From: Auanema rhodensis
Taxonomy: Eukaryota; Animalia; Nematoda
Length of the DNA: 64,000 nt
Direction of reading: 5' to 3'
Assembly (NCBI GenBank): GCA_964057225.1
Contig: OZ059895.1
Coordinates: 5,146,001-5,210,000, forward strand
Within the stretch, counting starts at the first letter, position 1, and every line of letters starts with the position of its first letter. Positions 1-15,254 of the stretch are shown here, one piece after another. The notes below the pieces were generated by a model. It ran no database searches. It saw nothing but the letters and a program-made list of their open reading frames with translations, and had not been told where the DNA came from. Made by a program: the position numbers and the translations under genes.

Positions 1-1719
1 TAATGACCACAAAAATAATTTTTTTTAATATATTAGTTGAATTTCTGTAATTTTTAACTTTCTTTTATCTATAAAACGTATAAGTAGATGAAAGAACACG
101 GGAATATTGAAGAAACATAAGAGAGAGAGAGAGAGAACGATGTCTCAATCAACCCCCTAATATGAAAATTTTTTGCAAAAGTTTGTTTTCTTCATAATAA
201 TAAATATAATTTGTTCATAAAACTAATAATATGTTGATAAGATGAAGCTAAGATTGCTCAATGGTCGTAAGATAGGTAGTCTCAGTGGAAATATCGTGGT
301 CTACAGGGATTTATTCAATTTCCATCAATGAAAATACTAAATGAAGAAGGAATTATTTTTTTTTTATTGAGAAAAAAAGAAAATTTTTTTGAAAATAAAA
401 TGAAAAATTATAGATTATAGCTATAGATAGATATATTATTTGTAAGTATATGGTTAATAAAAGTTATTATTAATTATTCTCTGTTAATTTCCTTTTTGGT
501 AAATTGAGTTGGATTTCGTGATCAGAGAGCTTTTATCTTATATTATACATTCTACTCATAGAGTTTTCATCGTGTGAGGGTAGGAAATGACATAAGGAAA
601 TAGGTATACGAAAGGGGAGGAGGTACGATAATGACCCAGCTTAGGATATGAAGAGAGAGAGAGAGGGGAATGAGATAGGAGGAACGATGAGGATTAGAGG
701 ACAACGGAGATGAAAAAGGAAGATTGGGAAATACAGAAAAAGGAAAACTGAAAGATATAGAGAGAAAGGGATTGAAACTAGAATGCAATTCATTTTCAAA
801 GTAAATGAAGTCCAGCATTCTAGTCTTATGAACATCTCTTAGGCTGCTCCACATTACTCTTATACAGCAGATTTCGTCCAGAAACTTCATGATAACGTTG
901 TATAAGCCAAGCGCAGAAAATAGCAAATGAATACGATTTTACTTTAAACTAACAAACCAAACTTATTTGATTCATGAGTAATCCCTTCTATAGTTCAATC
1001 TCCTTCCTCTTCACACTCACTTTCTCTCTCATTCAGGTCTTCTCATCATTCGGCTATTTCCAAGGCATTGCATAAAGGAAATAAAGCACAGAATAAGCTC
1101 ATTACTAAAAGGAAGAGATGTCAGTAACGAACATTGAAGCAATGAAAGATTCATTTTGACGTCGCTATATTCCTTTAGAATTAAAAAGAATATTATTTGA
1201 ACTTGTGAATCTCAATAGGCTCCTGAGTTCCGGCGGTAGCTTGTATATATAGCTTTGAAATAGCTATACATTCATATTATTCTTCATCAAACTAATTTTA
1301 TTTCCAGATATTCGCTAGTATGTAGTTTCTGGACTATGGGTTTTAGCCAATTTTGTCGGTTTGGGGTAAAGAGAAGTAGATAGACATATGCGTATCTACC
1401 GTAGTGACTCTATGACGTGAACCTCCCGTTCGTCAGCAGACTTATATGCGTCTCAGGTGTGCCACATAGGATAATAACCATCCTTAATACGTCACTAAGC
1501 TCTGACCTCTAATCATACGTAGAATCTAAGAAGAGGGGCTAAAAAACATTCAGGCATAAGCTATATCGGCAGATGCGGCAGTTCATGACCTCCTGACCAA
1601 ACGTGGCAGCAATCGAGTAGGCAAAAAACAAATTCAGATTTAACAATGAGGATGGAGCGAGGTGGGGGGTTCGAATAGAAGAAGAGGGATACTCCTAAAT
1701 ATGTCTGGACCTTTCACAC

Positions 1720-1803
1720 CTGCACAGACTATTGCTGCAACGATAGGTCATGTCAATTGGCCCAGGGTCGAATTGAAGATGTTCCACTCTTTCGTCTTTT
1801 CAG
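1720..1803 (-). other. Candidate alternative first exon (coding 1751-1720, MTYRCSNSLC[R], phase 2) of a gene continuing left of the window
   Basis: Minus strand: acceptor tctctcctctacag| at 1803, ATG at 1751, 10 codons + AG, then AG|GTGTGA donor. No downstream partner exon identified. Confidence 0.25.
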
Positions 1804-1918
1804 CTGTAGAGGAGAGATGAGTAGTATTACATATTAGTATTATAATTAGTAAATAAACAAAGAAAAAGTTAGTTGAAGGGATATAAAAACATTTTGTTAT
1901 TGAAAGAAGATAAATGAT

Positions 1919-1952
<34 letters not shown>

Positions 1953-3005
1953 TTACCATTTATATAAATATATATATATATTTTATCATAAATGAATGTT
2001 GTTTCAAAATATTTTGTTTTAAATTTGTTATAAACTTTACAAACTTATTTTTGTTTTTCACCTTTCAAAAATTCGTTATTTAATTCTTTATAACTGTAAA
2101 TAAATCAAAATTGTATTAGAATAAGAGAATGTTATAACTGAAAAAAGTGAATTGAAGTTGAATATTTTGGGAAAACAAAAGAATTATATAAACCAATAGC
2201 CTTATATGTATGTAAATGTAGAATAGATAGTGCTTCTCATAAGGTTTCTATATACTTGTCTATCTTTCAATCTCTTCAACTCTTTTTATTCTTTTCAATT
2301 ATTTGATAATCTTATAACATAGACTAAACTATCTTTTCTCTTTATTATTTCATTAAAAATAAACAAAAAAAAGATAACAAATATTATTATTTTTATTAAA
2401 AAGGATAGTTTAAAAAAGATGAAAGATATAAAACTAAAAGATAAGAAATATTTGTTTTTATTATAAATTATTTTAAAGATATTTATATTTTATTTATTTA
2501 ATTCTTTAAGAATTTTTAAATTTTAAAAAAAAATTTCTTTTTTTAAATGTTTAAAACATACACTATTATTCTTCTGTCTAGTAATCATCGTAGTTCCATA
2601 ATTCAATCTTTCATAACCTAAGTGAATAATAATTGGAAAAAAAAAGGAAAATTCTGAAAATATAAGATGAAATGGTGAAAGAAGATCAAAGAGGTGGATG
2701 AGCATGTAAAAGGAAAAGTGCAGATAAGAATGAGATGAAGACGTATAGACGAAATAAAATAGAAAAGGAAGAAAGAAAGAACGAGAGCGTGAGGGAACAA
2801 GCAAAGGAGAAAGATGAATCCGAGGAGGATTTTAAGCTGAAATGCATGATTGTCATGGGTATGGGTACAAATCTGAGTTTTTTTAGTTGAATGGATTGGA
2901 TGTAAAGTAGAAAATGGGTTATAGAGAACATGAGAAAAAAGGAGAGAGAGAGGGAGAAAGAGAATGAGCCGTAGAGAATGAGAGGACATTCATGGACCTC
3001 CATAC

Positions 3006-3051
3006 CGGCATAATTCGCAGATGGGATATTGCATGGCGGAAGCATGAAAAG
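3006..3051 (-). other. Candidate alternative first exon (coding 3034-3006, MQYPICELC[R], phase 2)
   Basis: Minus strand: acceptor attctacag| at 3051, ATG 3034, 9 codons + CG, donor CG|GTATGG. An out-of-frame ATG at 3045 weakens the call. Confidence 0.25.
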
Positions 3052-3337
3052 CTGTAGAATGACGTAGTACACCATTGATGAGGAAAGGAAGCGATTGAAA
3101 AAGGAAGATGAGCATTGTGAACGTCGTCAGTTCAATGTAGGTATCCAGTAGAATTGTCAATTCTACAACTGAACTATGAAGCACATGTCCATTAGTCTCA
3201 TCGTTTATCTGGTGGACTTATAGCATTTTTCAGTTTATCTTCCTCGTCATCATGTTTAACGAGAATATATGAAATGTAGTTTCAAAAAATAAAATATGAA
3301 TGATCGCATATCACTACAACATATTTTCAAAAGCATA

Positions 3338-3343
3338 AAGAGA

Positions 3344-3386
<43 letters not shown>

Positions 3387-3411
3387 GGAGAGAGGGAGAG
3401 AGAGAGGGAGA
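3338..3411. repeat. (GA)n microsatellite with embedded G13 run
   Basis: Directly visible. Confidence 0.9.
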
Positions 3412-3775
3412 AAGGTGATGATTACTATCAAATGGATAGAATGAATATGACTAAGTCAGAATTACTGATTTACTAAATGTCTGTACAGGAAGATTGACGA
3501 GAGGAGCACTATCTCCAACGGTTCATTGCACAAGAAGTTCAACTCTCGAAGCTTTTATGTACTCTCTCATACTTCATTTCATTTATGAACGTGAATAAGG
3601 AAGATTTTTAAATTAAAAAAAACTTTTTTGGATCCCTTAGCAGAAGTTCTTTCCGAAAATTTAATCAGTTGTTTGCTAACTTACTAGCCAACAGCTAACA
3701 CGTCAAGTCTGTGGTAGACAAGGTATCTAGCAAACAAGTACATATGAGATAGAATAAGCATTATTCCAAGATTCA

Positions 3776-3831
<56 letters not shown>
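3776..3831. repeat. (CT)n microsatellite
   Basis: Directly visible, lightly interrupted. Confidence 0.9.
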
Positions 3832-4847
3832 TCTTTGTATCTCTTTATTCCTTTTCATGTTTCATCAATTGACTATATTTTCATCTAAGTTAACACATAT
3901 TTGTGAGTATAAAAAAGGATACGACGGTAGTGTGAATGCTTCTTGAACATATCCTGTCTACTGTAGTGCATATTCTACTATTTCTTATTCCTTTTCTTCT
4001 TCACATACATCAAAGAAAGCACAATTTATGCAATAAGTACTTATAGTGGCTCATCATCATCATACTCTTTAAGAAAATATCAAAAGAGGTTATAACAACG
4101 AACACTAGAGAATATATCAAATAGTTATTAAGTATAATAAGAATTATTAAGAAAAGATTATAAGTATATAATTATCTCTCTTATATATTATATTAAATTA
4201 ACCTTTAACCCAAAATATCTATTGTTCTAATTATTAATAAGAGAGGATAATTGAACCAACCAAAACCACACATATGATATGTATGTATATACTGACTAGG
4301 TGGTCATAATTAGAGACAAAAGGGATTAATCTTAGAATAATATGATTCTTTTATTTAATAAATTATTTATTAAATATTAGAAAATAATAAAATATAGATT
4401 AAAATGAATTTATTTTAAAATTAAATAAATTGATATAAGATATTATAAGAAATGAAATTTATATCTGAAAACATCATCAATTTAGTTTAAAAATAAGATG
4501 TTAATGTTGTTTCTATTGAGGAAATATTATTGAATTATCATCAAAAGTTTTAATTAGATTATGAGCAAGCACAATCATCATTATCATTAACTAATTCATA
4601 TTTGAATTTATTAACTTCATGTAAGATGAATAGAAAACAATTCATAAACTATATAGATCAAATAATCTTATACACTCATGTTATACAACCTTTCATTAAT
4701 TTATAAATATTTAAGAAAGTAAATAAGTTTATTAGATCTTGAAAGATATAACACCTTCAGATATCATTGTTTACTAAAGCTTAAGCATAAGTTGTTATAG
4801 AGATGAATGACGAATAATATCATATCTTGATTGTTTATAAAGGTAGA

Positions 4848-4850
<3 letters not shown>

Positions 4851-4884
<34 letters not shown>
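4851..4884. repeat. (GA)n microsatellite
   Basis: Directly visible. Confidence 0.9.
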
Positions 4885-4889
<5 letters not shown>

Positions 4890-7800
4890 GTGTATGTATG
4901 ATAAAGAGAAAGAACTAATGAAGTTGCAGATATACTTGCACATAAAGATTTCAAAATTAAGAAATAACTAAATATTTGTAATGATTTACCGTAATCTATT
5001 TTTAAAATAGAAAACGGAAGAAACTAATGAGACAGATAGAAGAAGTTAACTTCATTAAGAGAATATACATGAAAGATTGTTGCTCTTTATGAAACTAATA
5101 ATAAATAAATTAAATATAATGATTAATTGATTCATGATTTAATGGTTTAAAGCTTTATTAGTTATTCAATTTTTAAATTTTTAAAATTCAATACATTTTA
5201 GCAATTCCCATATATTAAATTGTATACTAGACCATACGTATCACTCAATTAACGTATCTCGACTAACGTATAACAAATCAAACTTCTTCAGTGAAGCCAT
5301 TGAAGTAAAGCCATTTCAAAGGATTTCAAGAAAATTTTCACTTTTTTCTGTTTCTCTAACAAACCATCTGCTAATATTTTACAAAAAAAATGAATAAGTT
5401 TAAACGAAATAAGTGAAAGTAAGCATAAATGGTAAAAGGACACCATATTCATTCGAAATAATTATTTTTTAATTTAAGGTCATAATCCTATATTTCTATT
5501 AAAAAACATTAATATACATATGGAGTATGAAGTCTCATGTGCAATGAGCTTTTGAGAGAAAACTGGTTTGGTCACATAGTACGTTACCATGGTGATCAAA
5601 CTTTTTTTCATATCAAACGAAAGTCAAGGCAAATAACTAAAACGTTTTTGAATTTGCATACTATTTCCAGTATATACTCATATGTTATACGGTAATACTA
5701 ATATCGGAGAGCTTTATAATGTTCAGTTTTTTTCTCAAAAATGAACCTTTTCAGCTGTTGATACTTTAGTGGGAAAACGTTAGAGCATAATATATAACAT
5801 ACGTTTCCTATCCGGAATATGATTGTCATTTCGAAAAATTAAGAACAACAACAAGAACTTTAATCTTAATGTTTAATCAATGACATCTCTAGGAAATGTG
5901 ATTTGACTAGTTCCGGTAACTAAACCAAGTTTAAGCATATGTATATGGGTATCTCAGGTAATTATATTGCATAGCTTTCAATATAGCTAACTAGTAAATT
6001 TTAATTTATAATTATCAACTTCCGTCAGAAGCGCTAGTTTTGCATTTTCCAAACTATTAACAAACTTCAAGCACATTACATCCCGATAAGATTTGAACTC
6101 AAACATTTACTAGTTAAGAAGCTTGTGGTTTGATTACCTTGTGAATATGATGATCTAGCCGTTGGCCTTGCGACAGCTACAAGCTGGCAATATTGCAAAA
6201 TTCAGGATGCACTTAGAAGTGCGTCAATGCGTCACGTGGCAGGTGGTATTCGCAGTTTTTCATTATTCAAAATGAGCCGATTAAAAAGCTAAAACTGCCC
6301 ATTCGTCATCTTGCGAATATATTTTAGCCTGTGATTGATTCAATTATATAGATATCTAAATATCTAAATATATACATAATCGAGTTTATCAGTGACGGAT
6401 TAAAAGGATTTAGGGAATGAAACTCAACTAAATGTATCCTAGTATATCCCATTCAGTCTAACTTCATAAAATTAGGTAAAGAAAATGTTCAAAAATTAGA
6501 AAAGGGCACTATATTTAGTATATAAAATATTTTTAGTTTAGTAATTAGAAAAGCAAAATGGAAGAGAAAGAGAATGAGTAAGAAAATGAGATTGTGAGAG
6601 TGTGTGAACTAGAAAAGAAAAAACTACTTTAAAAAATTTCCAAAGAATTCAGATTGTCTTAAATACTGAGTGAAGTTTTCCGATAAAATTACTAGATTAA
6701 TACAGTTATTCAATAATATGTTCATATTTAACATTGCATTTGAGAACATACAAAATGGCGAAACATCAAACTGAAGAGGATGCTGATGGCACATGTGATG
6801 TGGCGGCACAAGCCGCAGGACATTTTCAGAAACTATTGTGTATAAGAGATGGATATAGATGTTTTACCAAGTTATGATATAGGAAGATGAAATGAATAGA
6901 AAAGTGGAGAGAAACGAAATGAAAAAAAATGAGTAAAGATTATGATGTTGATTGAAGTTTATAAGTATGTAGAAGAAATGAGGAAAAGGAAGAGAGAGAT
7001 CGATGAGAGAATGACAGAGAAAAAGAGAGAGAATGAGAATACTGAAGTAGTGCAAATGTGAAGTAAAATATGATTATGAAAGATGAATTTGCTGGACTCT
7101 AACTTTTGATATGAATCAAATTCTGTGACAAAACTTTCTGATGTTAAAACAGTATTATTACATTTCGAGGGAACGATTATAATCAAGGAAAAAGCTATGA
7201 ATGCTATGGTCGCAGCTGAAAATTCAGCTAATAATGTAGATAACCAGAGTGATGACTGTGTGAAAAATGTATGACAAAAGTTTATAAAAAGAAGAAATGT
7301 AAAAACATTGACATATTCTTGAAGTAGTCTGTTATTTAACGAATGTGTTCATTGAATCAAGATTATTATGAGCATTAACACCTGTTCATGAAAGCGATAC
7401 TCATATGAGAAGGTCAAATAGAAATGTTTGAGAAAATGATGAACAAGGATGGTCAAACCATGTGTACAGAAACAAGAAAAATAAACAGATTAGGAAAAAC
7501 AACCATTCAACATGAATTTTACATTTTAAAATGAATATATCACGCGTCATATTGCGTACATGCGTGAAATGAGACGTGAGGAAATACGTGAAAAGCGATA
7601 CAGGAGAAAGTGCAAAAATTAGATATATGTATATCTATCTATCTATATGGATATAGAAATTGAGAGAGAGAAAAAGTGATAGAACAAGAGGATGAGAGAT
7701 TGTGATAGAGAAAGAGAAAGAAAAAAGGCAGATGTAACCTTTGGTCATTATGTATTAAGCTTTTTAATTACATTACCCTTTAAAAAAAATTTAAATGAAA

Positions 7801-10800
7801 TGAAAAAAAAACATTCTTTCTTTCAACGTCATAGTAAATGATAGCTTTTATCCCGTTCTTTTCATTTATTTCTTCGTCAAATACTCTCTCTAAAAAATCT
7901 ATTGGCAAAAGATTTTTTACTGCCAGAGTGAAATGTTGGTGAGAAACACGAAGTAAAAGATGAAAGAATGGCTGGCGATTTGCAGTTCTCTTACATCTAA
8001 GTGACTGTGTGATGTTCTTTAACTAAATTTTAGCAATGAGGGAAGCAGCATCTTCAGCTTCTTGTGAGCATCTAAATATTTCCTTTTTCACATCCTTAAC
8101 TCCATGTGTCTTTCCACTTCTTTTTCTATCTTCTTTCTTTTTTTCTCTCTTTCTCTTATTTTTATTGTATTTTCAGTGCTAACTCTCCTATGTACTATCG
8201 AAAAGCTCTTAGAACTCTCTGAAAGTGTTGAGCAGGAGGTGTGAAAAGGATGTAAGTGAATTAAACAGTTTAATGATGCGTTCACGCATAATTACCATTT
8301 CATCGACTGAAACACACATCCCTTCAGTGATATTCTTTATGTGAACATCTTCTTGTGAACATCACTTCCTCTCCTCTTCTGCCTATCTCTCCTTCTTTCT
8401 CATTCTTTATTCCTCCTCACTTTCTATCTCTCTTTCTTTTTTCATTTTTTCCATTCCAACATACTAAACGCTAGTTGAACGCCTAATAAAGTGAACAAAT
8501 AGTTAGATTTTCCTATATATATGTGATGAATATTGAATTAATATATTTATAAAATAAGAAAAGAATAAGTGTTGATAAAAGAAAAAAAACATGATTGAGT
8601 TATTTAATTTAACAATTAAATAGAATTTGATGATATTAAGATTTATAAATTATAATTTTACATCATATAAAGATTAATAAATATAATTTAATTATAAAAA
8701 TTATCTTTTGGAAATATCTTTTCAACAAAACACACGTATAGTTTAATATTTCATAAAAATATTTTGTATTTATGAATAATTTGATATTTTAATTCATTAA
8801 TATAGAATATAAGAATAAATAAATTATATTAATATGAACTTTTAAAATAAAATTGTCAAAAGAAATCTTTAGTAGTTATGATATGATATAACATAAAACT
8901 AGGAGAGAGAGAGAGAGAGAGAGAGAGGTAGGGTTTCAGATGAGACATAAGCGAATGATTTTGATTGGTTATCATTACAAAGAAGTTTGGACAAAAAAAA
9001 TAGAAAACAAGAAAAAAGGAGTCAGCAATTGATTCATAGAATCAACAATAAGAAGAATATAACTACTGCTACTAATAGTAAAGATAAGCCAGATATCAAG
9101 ATGATATTTCATCAGTGATTCACGATTCATGATCTTGTGAATTTGGAGTTGGGCTAAAACAAGAACATGCACACAAACACTTTTATCCTTGAAGCTTGTA
9201 TTGCAGATGCATCATCAGCAGAAGCTCAACAAGCACTATGCAGGCAACGAGGAAGCATGGATGTATGCAGCGTGAGGACGGGATGGTCGGAGCGAAAGTG
9301 CAGCGACCGGCTTGAACGAAAGAAAGAAATGAGAATGGCAAATGAAATGGGTGGAGCTTACTGCAAGATGTGAACACAAAAAAAAAAGAAAAATAACACA
9401 AAACTGATTCGAGATGGTAAATCGAGGCGAATAAAAACAGCAGCAAGATGTGTTAAAGATGATGAGAAATTGAGAGAAACAGTAAAGTAGCATGGTAGAT
9501 AAACAGAATGAAACAGTTTCAGAATCTTGTATCTTTGCTCATGAGGCGTGCTTCATGCACGTTTCTTCAGATGTTTTTTTTCTGCTTCTTTCACTTTTTC
9601 AATGAAAATTTTCAATCTTTTCGCAAACTATTCATGTGGGCGTATAACATTGAAACGGTGCAATGGAATTCGATCCAAAATTGTTATGGAAAAACTGCTG
9701 AATAATCTCGAAAAAACTTTCTCTGCTCATCTTATCCCCCCTATCATCCACTACCCTCATTCTCTATTCTTCTTTCTGTAACCTCCTCGTTTTCCCTCTC
9801 TTTCTCCTTTCCTTTCTTTATCTCTTTGATGAATTTTCATCAATTCAACAATCATTATTTCTTGATATGTTTCATCGTAAGTTTCAATTTCAATATCTCA
9901 AATCTGATAAAAGCTCTCCAAAAAAAACATTTTGAGTTTTATATCCTTAGAGAAAGCTAAAAAAAAATATTTGAAAGAGAAATCTAATCTGATAATTAAA
10001 TTTTGATTTTTCAATAAAGATTATGGAAAAAAAACTATTATCCATTTTATCTTACTATATATGTATGTATATCATCTTAATAATATGCAGATTAAGCTTT
10101 TTTTATATTTTTTTCATTATTTAAATAAATAAAAATTATATTATTTAAATATAATTAATATAATAAAAATATTTTATTTATTTATTATATTTATAAATAT
10201 ATTTTTATAAAATTAAAAAAAAAATGCTAATTAATAATAATAATAATAGTTTTAGTTTTAAAAACAATATAACATTATAATATATAATTAACTTCAAATA
10301 TTTGTTTAATTTATGTGAAAATTAAAAAAACTTGAACTTAAAAGGAAATGTAATGAATATGTGAACTAAACAGCAATTAATACACTTTTAAAACTTGAAA
10401 ATGCTGTAGTTAATGATTATTAAGAAGAAAAATATGTATAAAATTCTTTTCATAATCATAAGTTTTATAATATAGATTATAATAAAATTTAATTATTTAA
10501 ATTTTAAAATTTTATAATAATATTTATTTTAGTGTAATCGTTAGCCAATTACAATAGACCATCTCATTTGTTTACAAAAAAAATTCTGGCGTAATTCTAT
10601 TGAAAAGATGCATTATTTCAATAAAAATAAATTGTTTTAATATAAAAATATAATAAATTTAATTAACCATAAACGGAATAGTTTGATACATGATTTATAA
10701 GGAAAAAAAAAGGATAAAAATTATAATTTCCAAATGAAAATGTACTTTCATCTCAACCTTTTCAACTAAAAAATTAAATTAAATCTTTTGTAGTTATCAA

Positions 10801-10877
10801 TTTCACTAATATAGCATTTATCTTCAATGAAAAGAGTGAAAAAGGAATATTTGCACGTTTCCTATGTCTATATCTGT

Positions 10878-10878
10878 C

Positions 10879-10931
<53 letters not shown>
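10878..10931. repeat. Compound (TG)n(GA)n microsatellite
   Basis: Directly visible. Confidence 0.9.
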
Positions 10932-13770
10932 TTGCAGTATTCTCCTTACAAAATGAGAATTGAATTTAACTAATCTTTTTCAAAGAAAATTTTGTCTTCA
11001 TTTCCATTGGATTTTCCTTTTTCTTACTCTTCATCATCGTCTTGGCGAATAAATGATTGAAGCAGATGCTGCTGCTCTATTCAATATTTTGATGATTTCA
11101 GGATATTTCTCGTCAATTTCAAAACTAATCATTTATTCTTTTTGATTTAATTTTACATAATAATTTTTAAATTTTTAAAAATTAAATTTTATAAATTGAT
11201 AGATTAGGTTTTTGAATATATTGCTTTTCTTTATATTTAAAAAAAAGGAAAACAATAAAAGTAAAGTAAAAGTATTTATGAATAAACAATATTCCAATTT
11301 AGAATATAAAAATTAAAAAAAAAAGATGAAAAATCATGTTAAACATATGAATGATGAATGATTTTTGATCAATAGATATATCCTAAAATGAAATATAATT
11401 AAGATTAGATAGGCTAAACTGCAATATGACAAAATGAATTTAAAAAGAAATACTAAGAGAGATTGAGAAAATATAAAAAAAAAAGAAAAATGAAATAGAA
11501 AATCAGTAAAATATGCAAAAAGGACAAGTATTGTGGACAGCAGCTTAATCTCTGCTTTTTCAGTAAGCATGAGAGTAGAGCAGCTAATCTGAGGGAGTTG
11601 AAAGAATTTAATTAGGGGGTTTTGTGAGAGAAAGAAGAGAATAATGAAGAGAATAGTAGGATTTGATTCTCATGAAACACATATACCTTCATCTTCAACT
11701 ATTAGAAGTTCTTAGTACTTACTTTAATAATAATTTATATTATTAATTAACATAAATTATAAATTATAATTAAGAATTGAATAAGAAAAAATTAAAATTT
11801 ATAAATTATAATTGTCTTTTTCTCTTCTTCTATCTATATTTCTTTGAAAAACCGTTTTAATGTTTCTTACCCTCTTTCCTGTTCTTTCTAAGCTGACTCT
11901 ACATTCCGCTTTATATTTCTTTTTCTGATAATATGAAGGATTAATATGAAACTTTGGCCAACAATCGAGTTAGTTTGCTGCTCTTTGATCATCTCCTTCT
12001 TCTTACTCATCTACCGTTTTCAGATCTATTCACGATAGTTAACTTTATAGTTAGTTCTAGGGATAAGGTCAATGAAAAACCTAAACATGTGAATATGGCA
12101 CCACCGTATTTCAGGCATTTTGGTCTTTTTTTAAAAGAAAAAATGAAAGAAAACATCGAAAAAAATATGTCAAAAGGACAAAATATGAATGTATCGCGTA
12201 GGTGGATGGCAGAGAGGGGGATGAGGCAGAGGCATGGAAAAAGAAGACAATGTCCGAAACCCAAACGATAAATTCAGTGGACAGAGCAGGGGTGGACATG
12301 AAAAATATGGGGGAAAAGGGGGAAGGGGATGGAAAGATATAAGAGTTGAATGAAAGGATAGGAAGGTTACTGAGGCAAAAAGGAATAAAAGAATAGAGTA
12401 TGAGATATTAGATATGAAATGAAGTAGGTACAAGATAAACTGAAAAAGAAGAGAGGGAGAAGAATATGAATAAGAGAGAATATAAGATAGGAAGAGATAT
12501 AGAAAAAGGAAAGAAAGAGAGATGACTTGTGATGGTAGTAGTGTTAGAGGATGATGGAAGTGCCGAAAGGATGGGATTGGATGTGAAAATGATTATGTTC
12601 ACGGAAAAAAGAATGGAAAAAGAGGGATACTAGGGTGATAAAAGGGGGTGAAAGAGCCAACTAAAGGGTATAACATGATGTATATGTTGTTAAAAGTCGA
12701 ATATATATATAAGCATCATCATTAAATCACATTAAAAAATGAAAATAATAGCCTAAAGCCATGATTCTGTCATGTGAAATTATGTTTTTTGTCAAAAAAA
12801 AAGTATGAATGTCCTGTTTTCTGTTGAATTTCATTGTCAAAACCATATATGTATACATGAATAGTGAGATTTGATGACAACCCATAGGATTTAGGATATA
12901 TAGAATATAAATTAAATATATTAAATATACTATACCATATATTAAAATAGTAAATTATTATATAAATTATATGATATATAATATTTATTTGTCATATTTG
13001 AGATTCCATATCTTAAAATTTTAAAATTTGAAAAAAAAAAATTATTTTATTTGAATTATACATATAATATAAAAATTTTTATATTTATTATAAGATTTCT
13101 AATAAAATATATAATTTTTAAGAAATAAAACATATATGTATATAGATGTATAATGAATAACAGATTTCATATAAGAAAATGAAAAAAAAATTCAAAAAGT
13201 ATGAATATGATAATAAATATGAAATGACACATAGTTATATCATATAATATATATATAAAATATGTTATAATTCATATATAAAGTATAATAGAAAGATAGT
13301 ACATTGGCTACTTCTACCATTTATTTGACTTTTCAACGAAATTCTTCATCAAAATTTTATTTCTTTTCATTCTCATTATCATTAGATAAAAAATATTTTG
13401 TTATCGTTTTTATATTTAAGATTTGTTATATTCTTTTAATAAAAAAAAGAAAAAAGAGATATCAAGTCAAAAGAAGAAGAAAGAGATAGGAAATCATAAA
13501 GTTTTATAAGAATTGTTGATTAAATATCATTGAAGTTTAAGAAAAATGAATAATTATAATTGAATACAAAATGATTTTATATTAATTTTAATAATATAAA
13601 AATCTTTTTAACTAATATATATGTATAATATAAATAAAAAAATATTTACTTTATAGAATTTCTAGAATTTCTTAGGTTACTGATGAAATATACCAAAAAA
13701 ATAGTACAGAAATAGTTCAGAACACATGTTATACGATATGGTATGGATATGTTGAGAAGTATGAATCAAC

Positions 13771-13897
<127 letters not shown>

Positions 13898-15204
13898 AAG
13901 AATTCCATTGAAATTCACACAAAAAAAAGTTTCAGAAAAACTGTATGATTTGAATGTTTCGTTTTTGGATGTTTGAGAATTTTTCATTTAAGAATATGGT
14001 AACGTGGGAGATAAGATGTCTCTTGTCATGAACTTAAAAAAGAAAATAAGTTGTCCTATATAGTAGATGAAACATTAAATTGATGATGTAATATGAACAA
14101 TTTTGAAAAAAAAGGACTAAAATCAAATATTTTTATTGAAATATAATTGAAATATAAAAATAGAAAAAGGATTGAATATAAATTATAAAAATCTCTTTGA
14201 TGATACTGTAATGAAAAGCATATTTTTTGGTGAAATAACAAATTATTTAACTACATTTTATAAATTATTATATAAAATAATTTTTATATTTATTTAAAGT
14301 TATTAAGAAATATTTTAAGCTTTAATAATAATTGTTTTTATGAAATACTTGTGTAATACATCATCTCATATATCTTTCTTTAAAGATACTTTATAAGTTA
14401 TAAGTTGGAATTTTAAGATTACTGTATTTTGGTAAAAACTTTAAAAAAATATTTCTTTTTGGCTTTTCGCCAATAAGATTAGGTTTACGATAGTACAAAA
14501 TGTTTTTTTTTAAATGAAAATAATAGAAATAACAAATGAAAGAGAGTTCATTTAATGGATAAAGATAAAACTTGGATAGATAATACAACACAAGAATCAT
14601 GAATACCAAGTTATCCGATTTATTTTTGAAAAATGAAGAGATTGTCCAACTTATCTTCAGAAAGAGAGAAATAGTGAGACCATGAAGTTCTATATTCTAA
14701 CCAACTTAGAGTACCATACTCTAATTTTCAAATTCTAAAGTATTCATTCATCCACATTTCTTTCAAATGTTTATTATATTTCTTCTCATTTTCTGTTGAA
14801 TTTCTTTTAAAATTTCAATTATCTGATTTTCGAATTCATATCGTATTCATCAGTTTCTCATTTTTCTTTTCATTTTGATACAAGAGATGAGGGACCAATA
14901 CTTTGAAGAATATGCTCTTCTTTGACTTTGATGTTTATCGTTGAAGACAAGAAACAACATGGCTTCATGTGCAAGATAGAAATAGATTAATAAAAATTTT
15001 ATTGTAATATTATGAATTTGTTAAGATAATCAAAAGAACACTTATGAGAAAATTTTACAAAGAATTATGATGTCATTAATAGTAAATTTAATTATATTTA
15101 TATAAACTATATGAAAAGTTTAGTTTAAAAATTATATTTAGAGAAGTACAAGTATTAATGTGATGTGAAACTGTCAAATGCGATATATCTATAGATACTA
15201 TGAG

Positions 15205-15254
<50 letters not shown>

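Noticed and set aside
6060-6140. B-box-like GAGTTCAAATC on the minus strand (possible tRNA/SINE remnant)
   Set aside because: No A box or stems could be built.
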